The notes below the pieces were generated by a model. It searched no databases and was not told where the DNA came from. It saw nothing but the letters and a program-made list of their open reading frames with translations. A stretch of 64,000 nucleotides of DNA from positions 2,862,414-2,926,413 of the forward strand of contig OY762278.1 in the NCBI GenBank assembly GCA_963665515.1. The letters are read 5' to 3'. Position 1 is the stretch's first letter. Each line of letters opens with the position of its first letter. Origin of the DNA: Christensenellaceae bacterium. Its GTDB lineage: Bacteria > Bacillota > Clostridia > Christensenellales > CAG-138. This document shows, piece after piece, positions 43,378-53,575 of the stretch. The position numbers were made by a program, and so were the translations under genes.

Positions 43378-44367
43378 TCACATCTGCATAAATTCGTCAC
43401 GCTTGGGGAACGTCATTCTGACGCGCGTACCGCATCCAAGTTCGGACTCAACTCGAACTTGAATATTCAGCGCATCTGCCGTCCGCTTGACCAGATATAA
43501 TCCTATACCGCTGGCACGGTTGTCCATCCGTCCGTTGTAGCCGGTGTAACCTTTCTCAAATATCCGCGGCAAGTCTTCCTTGCGGATACCAATGCCGGTG
43601 TCTTCGACAACCAGCGCATTGCCGTTCATGTAGATGCGTACACCGCCCGTCCTAGTGTATTTCACGGCATTTGAAAGCAACTGCCCAAGAATAAAACCCA
43701 GCCACATGGAATCCGAAGGAACACCCTTGTCAAGCGACTCAATCCTGACCGAAAGTTTTTGATAGATGAACAACAGCGAATATTTCTTGACTGCTGCGTG
43801 CGCAATCTCGTTCAAATCGCACTGCTCAATCACAAGATCGCTTGCAACATCATTCAGCTTGATAAACTTGAGCGCGAGATCGGCATACTGTTCCACTTTA
43901 AAGAGTTCCTGACGCAAAAGCGTTGCCTGCGCATCATCCTTCTCGGCAAGCAGTAATCGCATGGCGGAAATCGGTGTCTTGATTTGGTGCACCCAAAGCG
44001 TATAGTATTCACGTTGCTCTTCACTTTCCGCTCGCTGATTTGCGCGCAGGCGCTTCCCATCTTCCGAAAGCGTGCGAATCAGCGCATCGTAATCCGCACT
44101 CAACGCATCGAGCGGATCCGGCAATTCACGCGGAATCAACTCGATCCGCTCTTGTATCTGCTCCAAACTGCGGCGCTTCTTTTCGTAGCGTACGCCGTCT
44201 GTTAGCAATATGCAGGCAAATGCAAATGAAATCAGCGCCGTTTCATACTTTACATACACCATGTCCTGTTCCGCCAGATAGCCGAGCACGCGCACGATAA
44301 TGATTGTAAACACAAACAGAAAAAGGAGCGCCCTCCTGGACGCTAAATATTGCAAAACTCTACGCAT
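43378..44367 (-). CDS. BceS-type intramembrane-sensing histidine kinase
   Basis: 329 aa. Two N-terminal TM helices without an ectodomain, H-box HQIKTPISA, N/G boxes (NAVKYT, DTGIGI). Confidence 0.85.
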   Translation of the reverse strand: MRRVLQYLASRRALLFLFVFTIIIVRVLGYLAEQDMVYVKYETALISFAFACILLTDGVRYEKKRRSLEQIQERIELIPRELPDPLDALSADYDALIRTLSEDGKRLRANQRAESEEQREYYTLWVHQIKTPISAMRLLLAEKDDAQATLLRQELFKVEQYADLALKFIKLNDVASDLVIEQCDLNEIAHAAVKKYSLLFIYQKLSVRIESLDKGVPSDSMWLGFILGQLLSNAVKYTRTGGVRIYMNGNALVVEDTGIGIRKEDLPRIFEKGYTGYNGRMDNRASGIGLYLVKRTADALNIQVRVESELGCGTRVRMTFPKRDEFMQM

Positions 44368-45031
44368 CGATGGAATACCCCTGCCCTTTGTGTGTTTTGA
44401 TGCAATCGGCTATGCCCGCCTCGGTCAGCGTCTTTCGCAGCCGATTAATATTGACCGTCAGCGTGTTGTCGTCCACAAACTCATCGCTGTCCCAGAGCTT
44501 TAACATCAGTTCTTCGCGGCTGACGATTCGGCCACGTTTTTTCAGTAGAATATCGAGGATACGGCTTTCATTTTTGGTTAGCTCTATCCGCACGCCGTCG
44601 GAGAGCAAGCATGACGCGCCCGTGTCGAAGTTCATCCCGCCGATCTGTACACCGTTTTGCGGTTCATAGTCATATGCGCGCCGGAGCATGGCCTGCACCT
44701 TTGCGATCATAAGTTCCATATCGATGGGTTTAAAGATATAATCATCCCCACCCATGTTGACCGCCATGACCACGTCCGCCGTGTCCGCGCGCGAAGACAA
44801 AAAGATGATCGGCACGCTGGAGCCATGCCGTATTTTTTCGCACCAAAAATAGCCGTTGTAGTACGGCAGCGAAATATCCATGATTACAAGCTGTGGTGCA
44901 ACCGATTCAAACTCTCCGGCGATATCCGCAAAGTTTTGTGCAATCAGCGTGTCAAATCCCCATTTTTGCAATGCATCCGCAACTGCATTCACTATGACTG
45001 TATCGTCTTCAACAATGAAAATTCTATACAT
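44360..45031 (-). CDS. OmpR-family response regulator (BceR-like)
   Basis: 223 aa. Receiver (DDT....., MDISLP) plus winged-helix output (LT..E..IL..L). Confidence 0.9.
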   Translation of the reverse strand: MYRIFIVEDDTVIVNAVADALQKWGFDTLIAQNFADIAGEFESVAPQLVIMDISLPYYNGYFWCEKIRHGSSVPIIFLSSRADTADVVMAVNMGGDDYIFKPIDMELMIAKVQAMLRRAYDYEPQNGVQIGGMNFDTGASCLLSDGVRIELTKNESRILDILLKKRGRIVSREELMLKLWDSDEFVDDNTLTVNINRLRKTLTEAGIADCIKTHKGQGYSIDA

Positions 45032-45260
45032 GCAGGACTATTTTGATCCTTTCCGATTTACTTTTGTTCACTGTTTGTATTAATGTATTAGCCGTATCAT
45101 ACACCTTTGCGTATTACTTGGCAAGTCTATGTTGAAATCATACGCTATACACATATTTTTATGCATGCAAAATGATTTTTTATATATAATATCTTAAAAT
45201 TACCAGTATCTGTGCGCCTCTCTGTTTGAATAAATATACTATATATTTACCCGCGAATCA

Positions 45261-45290
45261 TTGACACGTGTCTTTTGCGGAGTCTACGAT
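45261..45290 (+). promoter_or_regulatory. Promoter candidate for the buk operon (TTGACA-18-TACGAT)
   Basis: -35 at 45261-45266 and -10 at 45285-45290, about 35 nt upstream of the buk ATG. Confidence 0.4.
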
Positions 45291-45325
45291 AATGATTGGA
45301 ATAGAATTATGTCAGGAGGCCGCAA

Positions 45326-46390
45326 ATGCTGCTATTGATCATCAACCCCGGCGCTACCTCCACCAAAATTGCCGTTTACGAAGATGAAGCGGAAGTATTT
45401 TTGGAAACCATTCATCACTCGCAAGAAGAGCTGGGCGGTTTTTCGCGCATTATCGACCAGTTGGATTTTCGTACCGCTCTTGTGATGCAGACGCTGAAGG
45501 ATCACGGCTATACGCGAGATCGTTTTGACGCCGTCTGCAGTCGCGGCGGACTCCTTCGCCATGTTCCGTCCGGCACCTATCGCATCAATGATGCGGTCAT
45601 TTCCGACATCTATAATCCGCCCTACGGCGAGCATGCCTCGTCGCTCGGCCCCGTAATTGCAAAGACGCTTGCGGACCTCGCGGGCGTCCCTGCTTTTTTG
45701 GTCGATCCCGTCAGCGTGGACGAAATGATCCCGCTTGCGCGCGTTTCCGGTTTTTACGGAATGGAGCGGGAAAGCTTTTTCCACGCTCTCAACCAAAAGG
45801 CGGTTGCGCGCAAGGCCGCCGCCTCGCTTGGCCAGCCTTACGAAAATTTGAACTTGATCATTGTGCACATGGGTGGCGGCGTTTCTGTTGCGGCACATGA
45901 AAAGGGACGCGTGATCGATCTGTTCAACGTCAAGGACGACGGCAGTTTCTCCATGGACCGCGGCGGGGCCCTGCCGGTCAATGCGGTCGTCAATCTCTGC
46001 TTTTCCGGCAAAAGCAAGCAGGAGATTAAACGGATGCTCGGCATGGAATCCGGTGTGTTTTCCTATCTGGGGACACGTGATTTCCGCGAGGTTGAACAAC
46101 GCATGCTGGATGGTGACGAAGCGGCGAAAATGATTTTCGAAGCGATTGCATATCAGCACGCAAAGGACATCGGCGCGCTTGCCGCCGTGTTGAAGTTCAA
46201 TGTTGATGCAATCGTCTTTACCGGCGGCATTGCGTATTCCGACTTGTTCTGTGCAGAAATCACGCAATACGTTAATGAAATTGCGCCGATCCTTCGCTTC
46301 CCCGGCGAAGAGGAGATGCGTTCTCTTGCATTAGGCGCCCTGCGCGTGCTGCACGGTGAACCAGCAAAAGAATATCCCGACACCCTATAA
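45326..46390 (+). CDS. buk: Butyrate (short/branched-chain acyl) kinase
   Basis: 354 aa. LLIINPGATSTKIAVYEDE start, HMGGGVSVAAH, ASKHA-fold blocks typical of Buk. Confidence 0.9.
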   Translation: MLLLIINPGATSTKIAVYEDEAEVFLETIHHSQEELGGFSRIIDQLDFRTALVMQTLKDHGYTRDRFDAVCSRGGLLRHVPSGTYRINDAVISDIYNPPYGEHASSLGPVIAKTLADLAGVPAFLVDPVSVDEMIPLARVSGFYGMERESFFHALNQKAVARKAAASLGQPYENLNLIIVHMGGGVSVAAHEKGRVIDLFNVKDDGSFSMDRGGALPVNAVVNLCFSGKSKQEIKRMLGMESGVFSYLGTRDFREVEQRMLDGDEAAKMIFEAIAYQHAKDIGALAAVLKFNVDAIVFTGGIAYSDLFCAEITQYVNEIAPILRFPGEEEMRSLALGALRVLHGEPAKEYPDTL

Positions 46391-46459
46391 GCACATTTAG
46401 GTTTCCCCTTTACTAAATATAGTTCCGAATCTGTAAGACAAAGGAGCGCTGATCGATAC

Positions 46460-47362
46460 ATGATGAAAACACTGTTGGATATTACAAAACGCGCAACAGG
46501 ACTCAACCGCCGCGTTGCGGTTGCTGTGGCGCACGACGAAGCAGTACTGCAAGCCGTCGCCATGGCGACGAATGAGCGCATTTGCTCCGCGTCACTGTTT
46601 GGCGACGAAAAGCGCATTCGCGAAATCCTGCGCGATATTGGCGCGAACGAAAGCGCTTTCTCCATTATTGAACCTGACGACCCAAGCGACGTCGGCTGCG
46701 CAAAGGCTGCGGTTCAGGCAGTGATCGACGGTCAGGCGGATTATCTGATGAAGGGCATCTTGAGCACATCGGACCTTCTGCGCGTTGTCGTGCGTTCCGA
46801 ACTTATGACAGGCGCACTGCTTTCGCACATTATGTTATACGAAGCGCCCGGTTATGAGCGTTTGCTTTTCGATACGGACGGCGGCATGAACCCTGCGCCT
46901 GATTTCGAGCATAAAAAAAGCATTCTTGAAAATGCCGCCCGCCTTTTGCAACTGCTTGGATACGAAAAAATCATTGCCGCGTGCGTCAGCGGCAGCGAAA
47001 CTGTAACCGAAAAAATCCCTTCTTCTGTTGATGCAAAACGCCTATCCGTACTGGACTGGTCTAAATACGGAATGACAGTCTTTGGGCCGGTCGGGGTCGA
47101 CCTTGCGATCAGCCCGACTGCCTGCGAGCATAAGCATTACACCGCGTCCGGCTGCGGGCAGGCAGATATCCTGCTTATGCCGAACATGGAAGCAGGCAAT
47201 TGCTTTGGCAAGGCACTGACATATTTTGCCGCTGCAAACTCCGCCGGTCTGGTCGTCGGTGCACATTGCCCGATCGTATTGGTTTCACGTGCGGACTCTG
47301 CGCAGGCAAAATTAACGTCACTCGCGCTCGGCGCAATCGCATCCAAAGGAGGAAACAAATAA
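46460..47362 (+). CDS. ptb: Phosphate butyryltransferase (phosphotransacylase)
   Basis: 300 aa, PTA_PTB family (AVAVAHDEAVL, YLMKG, SRADS blocks). Confidence 0.85.
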   Translation: MMKTLLDITKRATGLNRRVAVAVAHDEAVLQAVAMATNERICSASLFGDEKRIREILRDIGANESAFSIIEPDDPSDVGCAKAAVQAVIDGQADYLMKGILSTSDLLRVVVRSELMTGALLSHIMLYEAPGYERLLFDTDGGMNPAPDFEHKKSILENAARLLQLLGYEKIIAACVSGSETVTEKIPSSVDAKRLSVLDWSKYGMTVFGPVGVDLAISPTACEHKHYTASGCGQADILLMPNMEAGNCFGKALTYFAAANSAGLVVGAHCPIVLVSRADSAQAKLTSLALGAIASKGGNK

Positions 47363-49147
47363 ATGGAATCCGTAAAAAAGCACCTGCTGACAGGCAACGA
47401 AGCGGTTGCGCGCGGCGCATATGAAGCAGGCGTTAAAGTTTGCTCGGCCTACCCCGGCACGCCGAGCACCGAGATATTTGAAAACCTGGTGCAATATAAG
47501 AATTCACTTTACGCCGAATGGGCTCCGAACGAAAAGGTTGCCGTCGAAGTTGCGTACGGTGCGTCGATTGGTAACGTTCGTTCACTTACTGCAATGAAGC
47601 ATGTCGGCGTCAACGTCGCCGCCGATCCGATCTTTACCGCCGCATACAACGGCGTTGGTGCAGGTTTCGTCATCGTCAGCGCGGACGACCCGAGCATGCA
47701 CTCTTCACAAAACGAGCAGGACAACCGGCAGTATGCACGCTTTGCAAAAATTCCACTGGTCGAACCGAGTGATTCGCAGGAGTGCAAAGAGTTTATGAAA
47801 GAAGCATATGCGATTTCCGAACGGTTCGAAATGCCTGTGCTGTTTCGTATGACCACGCGCGTCTGTCACAGCAAAAGTCTGGTCACGTTCAATGAACGCA
47901 TGGAATATCCGGTTGAACCGTATGCGCGCAACATTCCAAAATACGTCTGCACGCCCGCCAACGCAAAGCGAAACCGTCCCGTGCTGGACGAAAAGCTGAA
48001 GCAAATGGAAGCATATGCCAACGAAAGCCCATTGAACGTAATGGAGATTAAAGGTGGCGAGGTCGGCGTTATCACCGCATCAATTGCTTATCAGTATGCA
48101 AAGGAAGCCTTTCCGGACGATACTTCGTTCCTGAAACTCGGCTTTACCTGGCCACTGCCGATGGATCTGATCCGCAATTTTGCATCCCGCGTAAAAAAGC
48201 TTTACATCGTTGAAGAACTCGACCCTTTTATGGAAGAACAGATCAAAGCCGCCGGGATCGACTGCATCGGCAAGGAAGTCATTCCGCATATGTTTGAGCT
48301 CAATCCTGAAATCGTGCGCCAGGCTGTCTTTGGTGAAGAACCGGGGACGACAAACGTGGATTGCGCCGTCGTTGCGCGTCCGCCCGCGCTCTGTCCCGGC
48401 TGTCCCCACAGAGGCTTTTTCTACATTATGAGTAAACGCAAAGACTTTGTCATTGGCGGCGATATTGGCTGCTATACGCTCGGCTGTGCAGCGCCGCTTT
48501 CTGCTATGGATTCCTGCGTTTGCATGGGCGGTGGTTTTTCAGTCGCAATGGGCCTTGCAAAAGCGTTCGCGGTATCCGGGCAAACAGGTAAAAAGGTGTT
48601 CGGCGTCGTCGGCGATTCAACTTTTTTTCACAGCGGCATGACAGGAGCGGTGGAAATCATATATAATAGTGGAAATGTCATTCCCTGCGTGCTGGATAAC
48701 TCTATTACCGGCATGACCGGTCATCAGGACAACCCCGGTACCGGCTTCGCTCTTTCCGGCGAGATCGCCGCGCGCATCCCGGTTGAGGACGTTCTTGCTT
48801 CCTATGGATACAAGAATGTCATCATCGTCGATCCGCAGGATTTGAAGGCAATGCAAAAGGCCGTTGACGACGCGCTGGAAAGCAAAGTACCCGCCGCACT
48901 TGTTGTGCGCAGGCCATGCCTGCTGATCAAGCGGATCAAGCACGACATCGCCAAATGCGTTGTCGATCGGGACAAATGCCGCGGTTGTAAGATGTGCCTC
49001 AAGGTCGCCTGCCCTGCCATTCACACAAAGGACGGCAAAGTGGAAATCGACCGCACGCTCTGTGTCGGCTGTACCGTGTGCGCACAGGCCTGTCCCTTTG
49101 GTGCAATCACGCGTGAAGAGCCGGCGACGGTGCGGGAAGGAGAATGA
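47363..49147 (+). CDS. iorA: Indolepyruvate:ferredoxin oxidoreductase alpha subunit
   Basis: 594 aa. TPP-binding blocks (GDIGCYTLG, GDSTFFHSG) and two C-terminal 4Fe-4S motifs (CRGCKMCLKVACP, CVGCTVCAQACP). Confidence 0.9.
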   Translation: MESVKKHLLTGNEAVARGAYEAGVKVCSAYPGTPSTEIFENLVQYKNSLYAEWAPNEKVAVEVAYGASIGNVRSLTAMKHVGVNVAADPIFTAAYNGVGAGFVIVSADDPSMHSSQNEQDNRQYARFAKIPLVEPSDSQECKEFMKEAYAISERFEMPVLFRMTTRVCHSKSLVTFNERMEYPVEPYARNIPKYVCTPANAKRNRPVLDEKLKQMEAYANESPLNVMEIKGGEVGVITASIAYQYAKEAFPDDTSFLKLGFTWPLPMDLIRNFASRVKKLYIVEELDPFMEEQIKAAGIDCIGKEVIPHMFELNPEIVRQAVFGEEPGTTNVDCAVVARPPALCPGCPHRGFFYIMSKRKDFVIGGDIGCYTLGCAAPLSAMDSCVCMGGGFSVAMGLAKAFAVSGQTGKKVFGVVGDSTFFHSGMTGAVEIIYNSGNVIPCVLDNSITGMTGHQDNPGTGFALSGEIAARIPVEDVLASYGYKNVIIVDPQDLKAMQKAVDDALESKVPAALVVRRPCLLIKRIKHDIAKCVVDRDKCRGCKMCLKVACPAIHTKDGKVEIDRTLCVGCTVCAQACPFGAITREEPATVREGE

Positions 49148-49728
49148 CGATGAGCGAGACGAAAAGCACTCTGCTGGCAGGCGTCGGCGGTCAGGGAACC
49201 ATCCTGATGAGCAAGGTTTTCACTGCAGGACTCGTCCATGCGGGTTACGATGTTAAAATGAGCGAAGTGCACGGCATGGCGCAGCGCGGCGGATCGGTAT
49301 CCACCCAGGTGCGTTACGGTGAAAAGGTGTTCTCGCCGATTATCGGCCGCGGCGAAGCGGACGTCCTCGTCGCGTTTGAAAAAATGGAGGCCGTGCGCTA
49401 TTCGGAATTTTTGAAGCCGACAGGCACGGCGCTTATCAACGATGTGGAGATCATGCCACTACCCGTTGCCTCCGGTGCAAAGGGCTATCCGGGTAACGTG
49501 TTGGAGGCTATGCAATCGGCGTTTCGGGTGCGCGTCATCCCTGCTTCCAACCTCGCCGAAGAACTCGGTAACATCCGCTGCACAAACATTGTTTTGCTTG
49601 GTGCGCTAATCAACGCACTCGGTCTGGACAACATCGATTGGAAAGCTGCATTGGCGGAAACGCTGCCGTCGAAAATATTAAAACTCAACCTCAATGCGTT
49701 TGAGGCCGGGTTCCATTACGGAGGATAA
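49144..49728 (+). CDS. iorB: Indolepyruvate:ferredoxin oxidoreductase beta subunit
   Basis: 194 aa. LLAGVGGQGTIL...MSEVHGMAQRGGSV (POR gamma-type domain). 4-nt overlap with iorA. Confidence 0.9.
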   Translation: MTMSETKSTLLAGVGGQGTILMSKVFTAGLVHAGYDVKMSEVHGMAQRGGSVSTQVRYGEKVFSPIIGRGEADVLVAFEKMEAVRYSEFLKPTGTALINDVEIMPLPVASGAKGYPGNVLEAMQSAFRVRVIPASNLAEELGNIRCTNIVLLGALINALGLDNIDWKAALAETLPSKILKLNLNAFEAGFHYGG

Positions 49729-49731
49729 TCT

Positions 49732-50931
49732 ATGGTTTCACACGAAATGCTGGGCGCCGGGCGCGTTCGTTCCGCTATTCGCGAGCTGTTTGAATACGGG
49801 CGCCGCCGTGCACAAGAAGTTGGCGAAGAAAACGTATTCGATTTCTCTCTCGGTAATCCGTCCGTTCCGCCACCGCAGGACGTGACCGATGCGTTTATCG
49901 ATTTGCTCAGCACGAGCGACCCGATGGCGATTCACGGCTATACGAGCGCACCGGGCGATAACCTTACGCGCGATTCGATTGCGGGTTCGCTGAACCGTCG
50001 CTTCGGCACGCAGTTTTCGCGAAAAAACCTTTATCTCACCTGTGGAGCGGCGGCAGCCTTAACTTCGACCTTTCGCGCATTGACAATAGACGATCAAACG
50101 GAGTTTATCGCGCTTGCGCCATATTTTCCGGAGTACGCTTTTTTTGCAACGACCGCCGGCGCCAAGTTCCGTGTTGTGGAAGCCGACACGCAGCATTTTC
50201 AAATCGACTTTGATCAGCTGGAACGCTCGATCAATCCGCATACGCAGGGCGTAATCATCAACTCGCCCAACAATCCGTCCGGTGTTATTTATTCTGGAGA
50301 AACGTTGAATAAGCTCGCGGACATACTCCGCAACAAAAGCGCGGAGTTCGGACATCCGATCTACCTGATTGCGGACGAACCATATCGGGAATTGCGCTAT
50401 CTCGATGATCAGATTCCGTTTGTTACGGACGTATATGATTGTACGATCGTGTGCTATTCCTATTCCAAGAGCTTGTCTCTGCCGGGTGATCGCATCGGTT
50501 ATGTGCTGCTGGGCAACGATATGCCGGATTTCGACGATGTGTTCGACGCAATTGCGGGCAGCGCGCGCGTGCAGGGTTACGTCTGCGCACCGGCGATTCT
50601 TCAGCGGGTCGTCCAGCGCTGTTCCGATAAGGACGTTACGCCCGACCTAACGATTTATAAAAAGAATCGCGATGCCTTGTACAATTCGCTTTCCGATATC
50701 GGTTATCGTTGCATTCCGCCCGACGGTGCGTTTTATCTCTTTGTGGAAGCGCCAAACGGTGACGGCGACGCGTTTTCCGAATTGGCCATGAAGGAGGACA
50801 TCCTAATCGTCTCAGGACGCAGTTTTGGTTGCCCCGGATTCGTGCGCATCTCCTATTGCGTCGATTATAAGACCATCATCGGCGCAATACCGGGCTTTCA
50901 AAAACTATTCGAGCGCATGCAGTCAAAATAA
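49732..50931 (+). CDS. PLP-dependent aminotransferase, class I/II
   Basis: 399 aa. NPSNPSG-type block (INSPNNPSGV) and YSYSKSLSLPGDRIGY (PLP lysine). Confidence 0.85.
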   Translation: MVSHEMLGAGRVRSAIRELFEYGRRRAQEVGEENVFDFSLGNPSVPPPQDVTDAFIDLLSTSDPMAIHGYTSAPGDNLTRDSIAGSLNRRFGTQFSRKNLYLTCGAAAALTSTFRALTIDDQTEFIALAPYFPEYAFFATTAGAKFRVVEADTQHFQIDFDQLERSINPHTQGVIINSPNNPSGVIYSGETLNKLADILRNKSAEFGHPIYLIADEPYRELRYLDDQIPFVTDVYDCTIVCYSYSKSLSLPGDRIGYVLLGNDMPDFDDVFDAIAGSARVQGYVCAPAILQRVVQRCSDKDVTPDLTIYKKNRDALYNSLSDIGYRCIPPDGAFYLFVEAPNGDGDAFSELAMKEDILIVSGRSFGCPGFVRISYCVDYKTIIGAIPGFQKLFERMQSK

Positions 50932-50935
50932 CTTT

Positions 50936-50961
50936 AAAGCCGCTTCAAGCGGCTTTTTTCT
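50936..50961 (+). terminator. Intrinsic terminator of the buk-ior-aminotransferase operon
   Basis: Stem AAAGCCGC / GCGGCTTT followed by a T6 run, 5 nt after the stop codon. Confidence 0.8.
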
Positions 50962-51122
50962 TTCCGAATTTCTATTATTTATGGTCAGTTTTTAACGCAT
51001 CTAATCCTTGAAAATCATCAGACTGCAATTGCCGCAAAGTAAAAAAGCTGATATACTTTTGCTATCATTGATGCGAACTGAATGGCTTTTACTTGTTTTT
51101 TGATCTGCGGGGGAGTTCGTAT

Positions 51123-51617
51123 ATGAAACAGGATTTTTATCACGGGCGGGACGCCGCCGTATCCGACGAAGACAGACGCCGCGCGCGTGAACAGGCCATG
51201 CTTCGGCTCACACAGGAAAGCCGGAATGAATTAATAGACCATGTTCTTGCGCTGCAGGAGCGAAAACACGAACTGAAAACGCAGATTTCACACTATAAAA
51301 AAGTCGTGGAATATGAACGGGCATGGAACCAATTTTCGCTGACATTCCTGCTTGCCGGTGTGTTTTTTGCGGTTCTTTTAATCGAGGGCGAGCCGAGTCT
51401 TTGGCATGTCGTATTCGCGCTGATCGAGGCCGCCATATTCGGCGCCGCATCCGGTTTTTTGCTGATTTCGGCGCAACGTAAAATCCGCGCCGCCATCTTT
51501 CGTCGTTTCCGGCGGACAAAGCCGGCGCAAATTGCATCTTACATGATGTTGTTTGCGGTCAGTGCGGTTGTAATCTTCGCCGCGTGGTTTCTGCTCTCCC
51601 TTGTCCCCGTTTCATAA
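51123..51617 (+). CDS. Hypothetical membrane protein
   Basis: Start moved to ATG 51123 (MKQDFYHG) behind a GGGGGAG RBS. Coiled N-terminal part and 3-4 TM helices. No family recognised. Confidence 0.55.
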   Translation: MKQDFYHGRDAAVSDEDRRRAREQAMLRLTQESRNELIDHVLALQERKHELKTQISHYKKVVEYERAWNQFSLTFLLAGVFFAVLLIEGEPSLWHVVFALIEAAIFGAASGFLLISAQRKIRAAIFRRFRRTKPAQIASYMMLFAVSAVVIFAAWFLLSLVPVS

Positions 51618-51673
51618 TGCCAAACGGTAATAAAGCAAAATAGCATAGAATTTTACTCTCTTGCTTAAAAGGT

Positions 51674-51712
51674 GGTCGCTGCGGACTGAATCTATACGCT
51701 GCGACCTTTTTT
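51674..51712 (+). terminator. Intrinsic terminator after the hypothetical membrane protein gene
   Basis: 9/10-bp stem GGTCGCTGCG / CGCTGCGACC followed by T6. Confidence 0.7.
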
Positions 51713-51812
51713 GTTGAATCGAAAAGTTGGGTCGGTTATGACTCAGCATTTGCATTTTCGCCCAACCATAAAGACTACACCGCAAGTATAGTTCGAAAGC
51801 CATAAACCAACT

Positions 51813-51846
51813 TAAAAAAGCTCCTTTTCGACTACTGAAAAGGAGC
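51813..51846 (-). terminator. Intrinsic terminator of lrp-ald
   Basis: 10-bp stem GCTCCTTTTC / GAAAAGGAGC followed by U6 on the minus strand. Confidence 0.8.
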
Positions 51847-51972
51847 AACAATATAATAGTGCTTCCGGTCATACCGGGCGCGGCAACTTCTGTTTATAGA
51901 GGAGTACCCAGGGGACGAATCCCCTGGGTGGAGGTATGGAGGTGCTCCCCTCCAATGAAAAAGCGTAGTACT

Positions 51973-53100
51973 TTACAGTGACGCCGCAAGCGTGTGCGGG
52001 TCTTTATACGCAAGACCGAGGCTGTCGGCTGCATTTTTGCAAGTGATGAACCCGTCCGCGGTGTTAAGTCCCTTCATGAGCGCCTCATCTTCCATCAGCG
52101 CGCTGGAGACGCCCTTGTTTGCTAAATCCACAAGATACGGCATCGTAGCGGATTCCAGCGCCAGCGTGGACGTCCGCGGCACGGCGCCGGGCATATTTGC
52201 CACCGAATAATGGATAACGCCGAAGCGATCATACGTGGGATTATCGTGCGTAGTGGCATGATCGATGGTTTCGATCGATCCGCCCTGGTCGATTGCTACA
52301 TCAACAATGACGGCGCCTTGTTTCATGGTTTTTACCATGTCCGTCGTTACAATTTTCGGTGCGGCTTTTCCCGGAATCAGAACCGCGCCAACAAGCAGTT
52401 CGGCTTGCTTCACCAACTGCGCAACGTTATAGGTATTGCATACGAGCGTCTTGATTCGGCTGCCGAACAGATCGTCGAGATACCGCAGACGCGGCAGGCT
52501 GATGTCCAGAATCGTAACGTCGGCGCCAAGCCCCATGGCCATCTTCGCAGCGCTTGTGCCAACGGTACCGCCGCCGATGATGACGACCTTTGCGGGCAAC
52601 ACACCCGCGACGCCGCCAAGCAACACGCCGAGACCACCGTTTGGTTTTTGAAGTAGATTCGCGCCGATTTGGATGGACATCCGCCCGGCGACTTCACTCA
52701 TAGGAGCCAGCAATGGCAGTGTTCCGTTTTTTTGTACCGTTTCAAATGCAATTCCTGTGACTTTTTGTTCCAGCAGCGCCTTGGTAAGTTTTGGATTCGG
52801 CGCAAGATGCAGGTAGGTATATAGGGTTTGGCCCGCATGGAACAGCGCATATTCGCTCTCCAGCGGTTCTTTAACCTTTACAATAATGTCTGACCGGTCA
52901 AAAATGTCTTTTTTGTCCGTCCTGATTACGGCGCCCGCTTCGGCATACTCCGCGTCGGAAAATCCGCTTCCGACTCCCGCGCCGGTTTCTACCAACACGG
53001 TATGTCCTTCTGCTGTCAGTACATGTGCACCGCCGGGCGTTAACCCAACCCTGAACTCATTGTTTTTGATCTCCCTGATTACACCAATTACCACAGTCAT
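51973..53100 (-). CDS. ald: Alanine dehydrogenase
   Basis: 375 aa. [19 protein letters not shown] start and the Rossmann motif [10 protein letters not shown]. Confidence 0.9.
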   Translation of the reverse strand: MTVVIGVIREIKNNEFRVGLTPGGAHVLTAEGHTVLVETGAGVGSGFSDAEYAEAGAVIRTDKKDIFDRSDIIVKVKEPLESEYALFHAGQTLYTYLHLAPNPKLTKALLEQKVTGIAFETVQKNGTLPLLAPMSEVAGRMSIQIGANLLQKPNGGLGVLLGGVAGVLPAKVVIIGGGTVGTSAAKMAMGLGADVTILDISLPRLRYLDDLFGSRIKTLVCNTYNVAQLVKQAELLVGAVLIPGKAAPKIVTTDMVKTMKQGAVIVDVAIDQGGSIETIDHATTHDNPTYDRFGVIHYSVANMPGAVPRTSTLALESATMPYLVDLANKGVSSALMEDEALMKGLNTADGFITCKNAADSLGLAYKDPHTLAASL

Positions 53101-53128
53101 GCAACTCCTTTAAATAATGAATTATATG

Positions 53129-53575
53129 CTACTCCGGATAAACCGATTCATTGTTTTTGCAGGTGGTCAGAACAATATTTGTAAACGTTTTGATGACACC
53201 GGGAACGCTTTTGATTTTGTTTAGCAGCATTTCCAGCGTGGATGGATTGTTCGTCATGATTTTTAAGATATAGTCAAAATTGCCAGCGATATAGTGGCAC
53301 TCCAAAATATCGTTTTCGTTGGCAACAAACTCTAGAAACCCTTCGATAAAGCGTGGATTTTCAAGGCTGATGAACATAAAAGTTGTCAAGTCTTTGTGAA
53401 AAGAGCTGCCGTCGATGATGGCTACATACCGGCTGATTACGCCGGAGGCTTCCAGTTTCTTTACGCGTTCCCCCACCGCCGATACGGAAAGGTTCACTTT
53501 CTGTCCAATTTCGGAAAGCGATGCGCGTGCTTCCTTGCGCAGTACCCGTAGAATCGCGAGATCGATTTTATCCAT
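53129..53575 (-). CDS. Lrp/AsnC-family transcriptional regulator
   Basis: Start set to MDKIDLAILRVLRKEARASLSEIGQKV (ATG 53573-53575, GGAGG RBS). HTH plus RAM domain. Confidence 0.85.
   Translation of the reverse strand: MDKIDLAILRVLRKEARASLSEIGQKVNLSVSAVGERVKKLEASGVISRYVAIIDGSSFHKDLTTFMFISLENPRFIEGFLEFVANENDILECHYIAGNFDYILKIMTNNPSTLEMLLNKIKSVPGVIKTFTNIVLTTCKNNESVYPE

Noticed and set aside
45332-46267. 311-aa minus-strand ORF
   Set aside because: It is fully antisense to butyrate kinase, which has unmistakable family motifs. This is shadow-ORF composition.
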